Shown one piece after another: positions 60,510 to 64,000 of a stretch of DNA of 64,000 bases. Source of the DNA: an uncultured Nitrospiraceae bacterium (GTDB lineage Bacteria; Nitrospirota; Nitrospiria; Nitrospirales; Nitrospiraceae); NCBI GenBank assembly GCA_963846575.1, contig CAWJWJ010000002.1, positions 2,752,001-2,816,000 of the forward strand, in the 5' to 3' direction. A model generated the notes under the pieces. The model saw only the letters and a list, made by a program, of their open reading frames with translations. It did no database searches and was not told where the DNA came from. The number at the start of each line of letters is the position of its first letter. The stretch's first letter is position 1. Both the position numbers and the translations under genes were made by a program.

Positions 60510-61151
60510 ATGACAAAACAGACACTCATTGGTGCGATGGCCGTCACATTGACACTCGTCGGCCTGGCCTCGCTCGCCGGTGCCGCCAGTGCGCCGGTCG
60601 GCTGGGCCGTCAACGCCATCGGTACCCTGACGATCGTTCGGACGGATGGCGTCCAGGAGCAGCTGCAGGGCCGGAAGACCCTGCCACTTTATGAAGGAGA
60701 TGTGCTCAAGACCGACGCCTCGAGCCAGGCCTACGTGCAATTAAAACAAGGGGTGAACATCGCCCTCAACGAAGAGACGACGTTCAAAATTCTCTCGCGC
60801 TGGCAGAAGAACAAGCCGACGACCTGGATCCTCCGCCTCACGCAGGGTGAGGTCTGGGCCAAAACAGCCGGAGACGGGCCGAAGGCCTTTGAAGTCGAAA
60901 CCCCGGTCGCGACGGCGGCGGTGAAAGAAACGGAGTTCAATCTCAAAGTTCAGGAAGACGGCCAAAGCATCCTGACCGTCATCGAAGGAATCGTCCAGTT
61001 CGGGACAGCGTTCGGGACCTGCCCGATCCGCACCGACACCATTAGCTACGGCGTACGCGGGAAGAAATGCACCAAGCCGGCAGCCTCCGACGCCAAAGCC
61101 GCCAAGGCCTGGACGCAGACGTTGCTTCCTTCGTCGGCCCCGGTGCAGTGA
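60510..61151 (+). CDS. exported FecR-domain protein
   Basis: LYEGDVLKT..LNEET..LRLTQGEVW..FEVETPVATAAVKETEF..LTVIEG.V. GGAGGA RBS. Confidence 0.85.
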   Translation: MTKQTLIGAMAVTLTLVGLASLAGAASAPVGWAVNAIGTLTIVRTDGVQEQLQGRKTLPLYEGDVLKTDASSQAYVQLKQGVNIALNEETTFKILSRWQKNKPTTWILRLTQGEVWAKTAGDGPKAFEVETPVATAAVKETEFNLKVQEDGQSILTVIEGIVQFGTAFGTCPIRTDTISYGVRGKKCTKPAASDAKAAKAWTQTLLPSSAPVQ

Positions 61152-61267
61152 CAAGGCTGAACCTTGATGCGCAACCAGCGACTCACGTTGCAGGTGGTCG
61201 CTGGTTGTTCCGGATGACGGCAGAGAACGGATGACAGGCATCGGCCACCAACAACCGGATGGAGGAC

Positions 61268-61720
61268 ATGATGAATCGACGCATGGGACTCAGCCTCTGT
61301 GTGATTGCCATCACCGCCCTGGTTTCCATCTCGATGGAGGTGGATAGGCCTCCCGGCTCTCAGGCGCCGGAGATTTTCGCTACGGCGGTCGCAGCCGGTG
61401 AAGATGCGCCGAGCGGCGGCGGCTACGGCTGCCAAAGCAACGGGAATTGCCAAGGCACCCTCTATACGGACAGACGCAACCTCGATCGATGGTGGTATGG
61501 AATCTGTAGCGGCTGCCACAGCCCTCAGGCAGCTTCACCGGCCAATCCCCTTACCCCGCTCTCTCCGGCTCAACGCAAGTTTATCGGGGATGCCAAGGCC
61601 TTCTGGGCGTTGCACGCTCAAGCCAAATCTGATCCTGTACTCCGGGCGATGCTTCTCAAAACCAAACTCAAACCGATCCAGACCCTGTCGCCGGAGTTTC
61701 GCGCATTGACCGCGAAATAG
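61268..61720 (+). CDS. exported protein with a single CxxCH haem c motif
   Basis: N-terminal hydrophobic segment, GICSGCHS and an additional Cys pair. GGAGGA RBS. Confidence 0.65.
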   Translation: MMNRRMGLSLCVIAITALVSISMEVDRPPGSQAPEIFATAVAAGEDAPSGGGYGCQSNGNCQGTLYTDRRNLDRWWYGICSGCHSPQAASPANPLTPLSPAQRKFIGDAKAFWALHAQAKSDPVLRAMLLKTKLKPIQTLSPEFRALTAK

Positions 61721-62032
61721 CCTTCAACATGCTCTCAATACCTGGGTCCCTCCGTCTCTCACTAGTAGGCGGACGCGGAACGACTAGAGGAGATTCGAGA
61801 GCCGAATGGGAAAACAGAAAAGGGGAAAGCATAGGTGGGCTGTGACGAGGGGGCACTTACACCACTCATGACGCTGAAGGAGTGGTGGAGGCACGTTCCA
61901 GCATTCTCACTCACATGAGATGTAATCTAAAAAAGTGTACAGAAGCATTTCTGGACGTATGACAGGGTCAGTCACCGCTGCATCGCCCCCGAGGTCCGCA
62001 GCAGGAAGTCCATCAGCAGCTGAGAGAAATCC

Positions 62033-63013
62033 ATGAGTGATAGCGGAGCGTTTTCGCGAGTCAAGAAACTTGGAGTACCCGCAGTCATTGTGTCGTTATT
62101 GCTCTGCACAATCCCTGAGGCGTTTGCAGGCACGCTCAATGTAACCGTGCAGCAGGGCACGAATGCAGGAGCCGTCGTTCCCAACGCATTGGTCTGCTTA
62201 TTCCAGACTCCCACCAGTAGCCAGCAGATGGGACAGACCTTGGCGACCAACAGCACTGGTCTCGCGACATTTAATTTAGGTCCCAATGACCAGACGGTCA
62301 CGGCGAAAGCATGGGCCGGAGGCAATGTGCGCACGACCAAAAACGTGATTCTAACTGGCAATCAAACCGTCAATATTACACTTGCCCTTCAAGGAAACGG
62401 CACAATCCAAAATCCCTGCCTCGCGCTCAATAGCGGGCAACCGGGCGGAGGGATCCCTCCCGTTCCTCCCGGCGGGACGAGCCAGTCAAACTTCGAGCGG
62501 GATCGAATGCGTGCTGCCATACAGACGGCCAATTTTTTCGCCAATGAACTCTACCCCATCTTCTCCCACTCGCGCTGCTTGCATTGCCACGGCGGAGTCA
62601 TTCCTGGACCCGCCACAACCAGAGTGAACCACAGAGATATTGGGAGTCAGACCTGTGCGAACTGTCACAACATAGCAGGCTGGCATGTGGTGAGTTCAGC
62701 TCGCTTCGTCAATCTTGGCCAGCCGGATGCTGCCAGAAACGCCTCGATCACCGTGAAGCCGTGGATAGAGGTCTGCAACCTCGTTCGCACATTCAATCCG
62801 CTCTTCCCGAACGACCAAGCATTGGTGAGCCATGTCCAGATGGACACCCTGATCGGATGGGCATTTGTCCCAGGCACCGCGCCGCAACGTGCCCCGGCAG
62901 GAGCGACTCCTGGAACGCAGACAACCTTAGCGGCCAAGTTCCAACAATGGATCGCCTTAGGAAAACCTTGCGGACTGCAACCGGCGCAAGTGGGACCAGG
63001 CATGTTTCGATAG
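62033..63013 (+). CDS. exported Ig/carboxypeptidase-regulatory-like domain fused to a dihaem cytochrome c domain
   Basis: Signal peptide, a beta-sandwich N-domain, then IFSHSRCLHCH, TCANCH, HVQMDTLIGWAF.PG and W..LGKPC. Confidence 0.78.
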   Translation: MSDSGAFSRVKKLGVPAVIVSLLLCTIPEAFAGTLNVTVQQGTNAGAVVPNALVCLFQTPTSSQQMGQTLATNSTGLATFNLGPNDQTVTAKAWAGGNVRTTKNVILTGNQTVNITLALQGNGTIQNPCLALNSGQPGGGIPPVPPGGTSQSNFERDRMRAAIQTANFFANELYPIFSHSRCLHCHGGVIPGPATTRVNHRDIGSQTCANCHNIAGWHVVSSARFVNLGQPDAARNASITVKPWIEVCNLVRTFNPLFPNDQALVSHVQMDTLIGWAFVPGTAPQRAPAGATPGTQTTLAAKFQQWIALGKPCGLQPAQVGPGMFR

Positions 63014-63152
63014 GAGGGCCCCCTGGGCACCCGAGTTGACAGTACGGATTCTCGGCGGCGGGATCGAGTACAACTCAATACATAACAGGCCGTTTGACAA
63101 TCACGAGAGGAAATTCGCGAATCGAATGAGCAACGACGGAAGGAGATGAAGC

Positions 63153-64000
63153 ATGCGCGCTCTCACTGCCTCTACCAGAACACCACTTTTTTGTCTCTGT
63201 GTGCTGTCATGCGGCCTCTCGATCCTCACACCGAGAATGGCCGAAGGCATTATAAGCGAATTGGGAGGCGTGCAAATTACTGTCACCGACCAGGGCGGCA
63301 CGCCGATTTCGAACGTCTACCTCTGCCTCGCCATGCCTGGACAAAGCATGCAGAGAATGACGGATCAGAACGGCCGCTACAATACGCCTCTTCCCGTCGG
63401 CGTGACAACAATCCGCACGTCTCGGAACGGCTTCGCCAACAAAGAAGAGACGATCACCATGACTAACGGTGCCACCATCAAGCGTACGATTCGCCTGCAG
63501 CAAGGCCAATCAAGCCCCTTGCCCAGCAACTGCGGCACTATTTCGGCGACAACCACACCGGGACACCACTGTGCGGAGGTTGTCCACGTTGAAGTGGCCG
63601 GGGGAATGAAGACGACCAGCAGGACCGTGAATGTGGTAGCCGACTTCGAGAAACAGCCGTCGTTCTATCGCATGACGGAGTTCTCGGCGGCAGAGCGCTA
63701 CCCGGAGGCGCAGTTCAACGCGGATCGCGCGTTTTCCAAAAAAAATGTCCCCTGGCATGCGGTTACGACTCCGGTGCTGACGACAAATTTCACGCTGACC
63801 GAACCGCACTACGGGACTCATCACTTCTACCTGCAGACCAGCCTTGCACATCATGGGTGTATCTCTAGCACGCGCTCGATCAGCGTGATACTAGAGCCGG
63901 GCAAACTACAAACTTACGAGCTGACGGGACAGGCGGTGGAACGATTTGTTGCAGCCGCGAGGGCTCGCGGCTATCAGTTTCAAAGCCACTTCAAATTTAT
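63153..64000 (+). CDS. exported protein with carboxypeptidase-regulatory-like N-domain, truncated by window end
   Basis: Not in the ORF track because the frame is open to the end. Manual translation gives MRALTASTRTPLFCLCVLSCGLSIL..GGVQITVTDQGGTPISNVYLCL..TDQNGRY..RNGFANKEETIT. AAGGAG lies upstream. Confidence 0.75.
   Translation, partial: MRALTASTRTPLFCLCVLSCGLSILTPRMAEGIISELGGVQITVTDQGGTPISNVYLCLAMPGQSMQRMTDQNGRYNTPLPVGVTTIRTSRNGFANKEETITMTNGATIKRTIRLQQGQSSPLPSNCGTISATTTPGHHCAEVVHVEVAGGMKTTSRTVNVVADFEKQPSFYRMTEFSAAERYPEAQFNADRAFSKKNVPWHAVTTPVLTTNFTLTEPHYGTHHFYLQTSLAHHGCISSTRSISVILEPGKLQTYELTGQAVERFVAAARARGYQFQSHFKF

Noticed and set aside
63146..63466. 106-aa ORF from the track
   Set aside because: The overlapping frame starting at 63153 encodes a signal peptide and a recognisable domain and stays open to the window end, so it is preferred.
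1..64000. tRNA, rRNA, IS elements, integrase, CRISPR array
   Set aside because: None recognised by eye, and no transposase or integrase motifs appear in the ORF track. tRNAscan, Infernal and ISEScan would confirm.

Overview
GC-rich bacterial chromosomal segment. It is most likely from a Nitrospira-like organism, inferred from gene content such as the small CxRCxGLMV...RCxxCG..DPVI..NR zinc-ribbon protein; this is not proven. About 55 protein-coding genes are present. I saw no rRNA, tRNA, CRISPR array or transposase. Bases 1-45.7 kb hold mixed accessory and housekeeping genes: a partial HpnA-like epimerase, cupins, a papain-like protease, a BLUF-PsiE fusion, an ECF sigma factor with TPR extension, MscS, a PAS histidine kinase with REC-HDOD and REC-degenerate HD partners, RND and ABC efflux systems, a triple-GAF sigma54 activator, and an ackA-xfp-HAD operon. 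The standout region is 45.8-64 kb, a cluster made almost entirely of predicted exported proteins. It includes three caspase-like (C14) proteases with signal peptides and intact His/Cys dyads, an M48 zinc peptidase-TPR protein, a CHASE2 membrane sensor with no output domain and a translationally coupled secreted partner, a coiled-coil lipoprotein, a beta-barrel, a YncE-type propeller, a FecR-like protein lacking the Gly-Thr autocleavage site, and c-type haem proteins. Many of these proteins carry an Arg-Gly motif in linker or loop positions. I propose, as inference, that this is an extracytoplasmic Arg-specific proteolytic signalling cascade.
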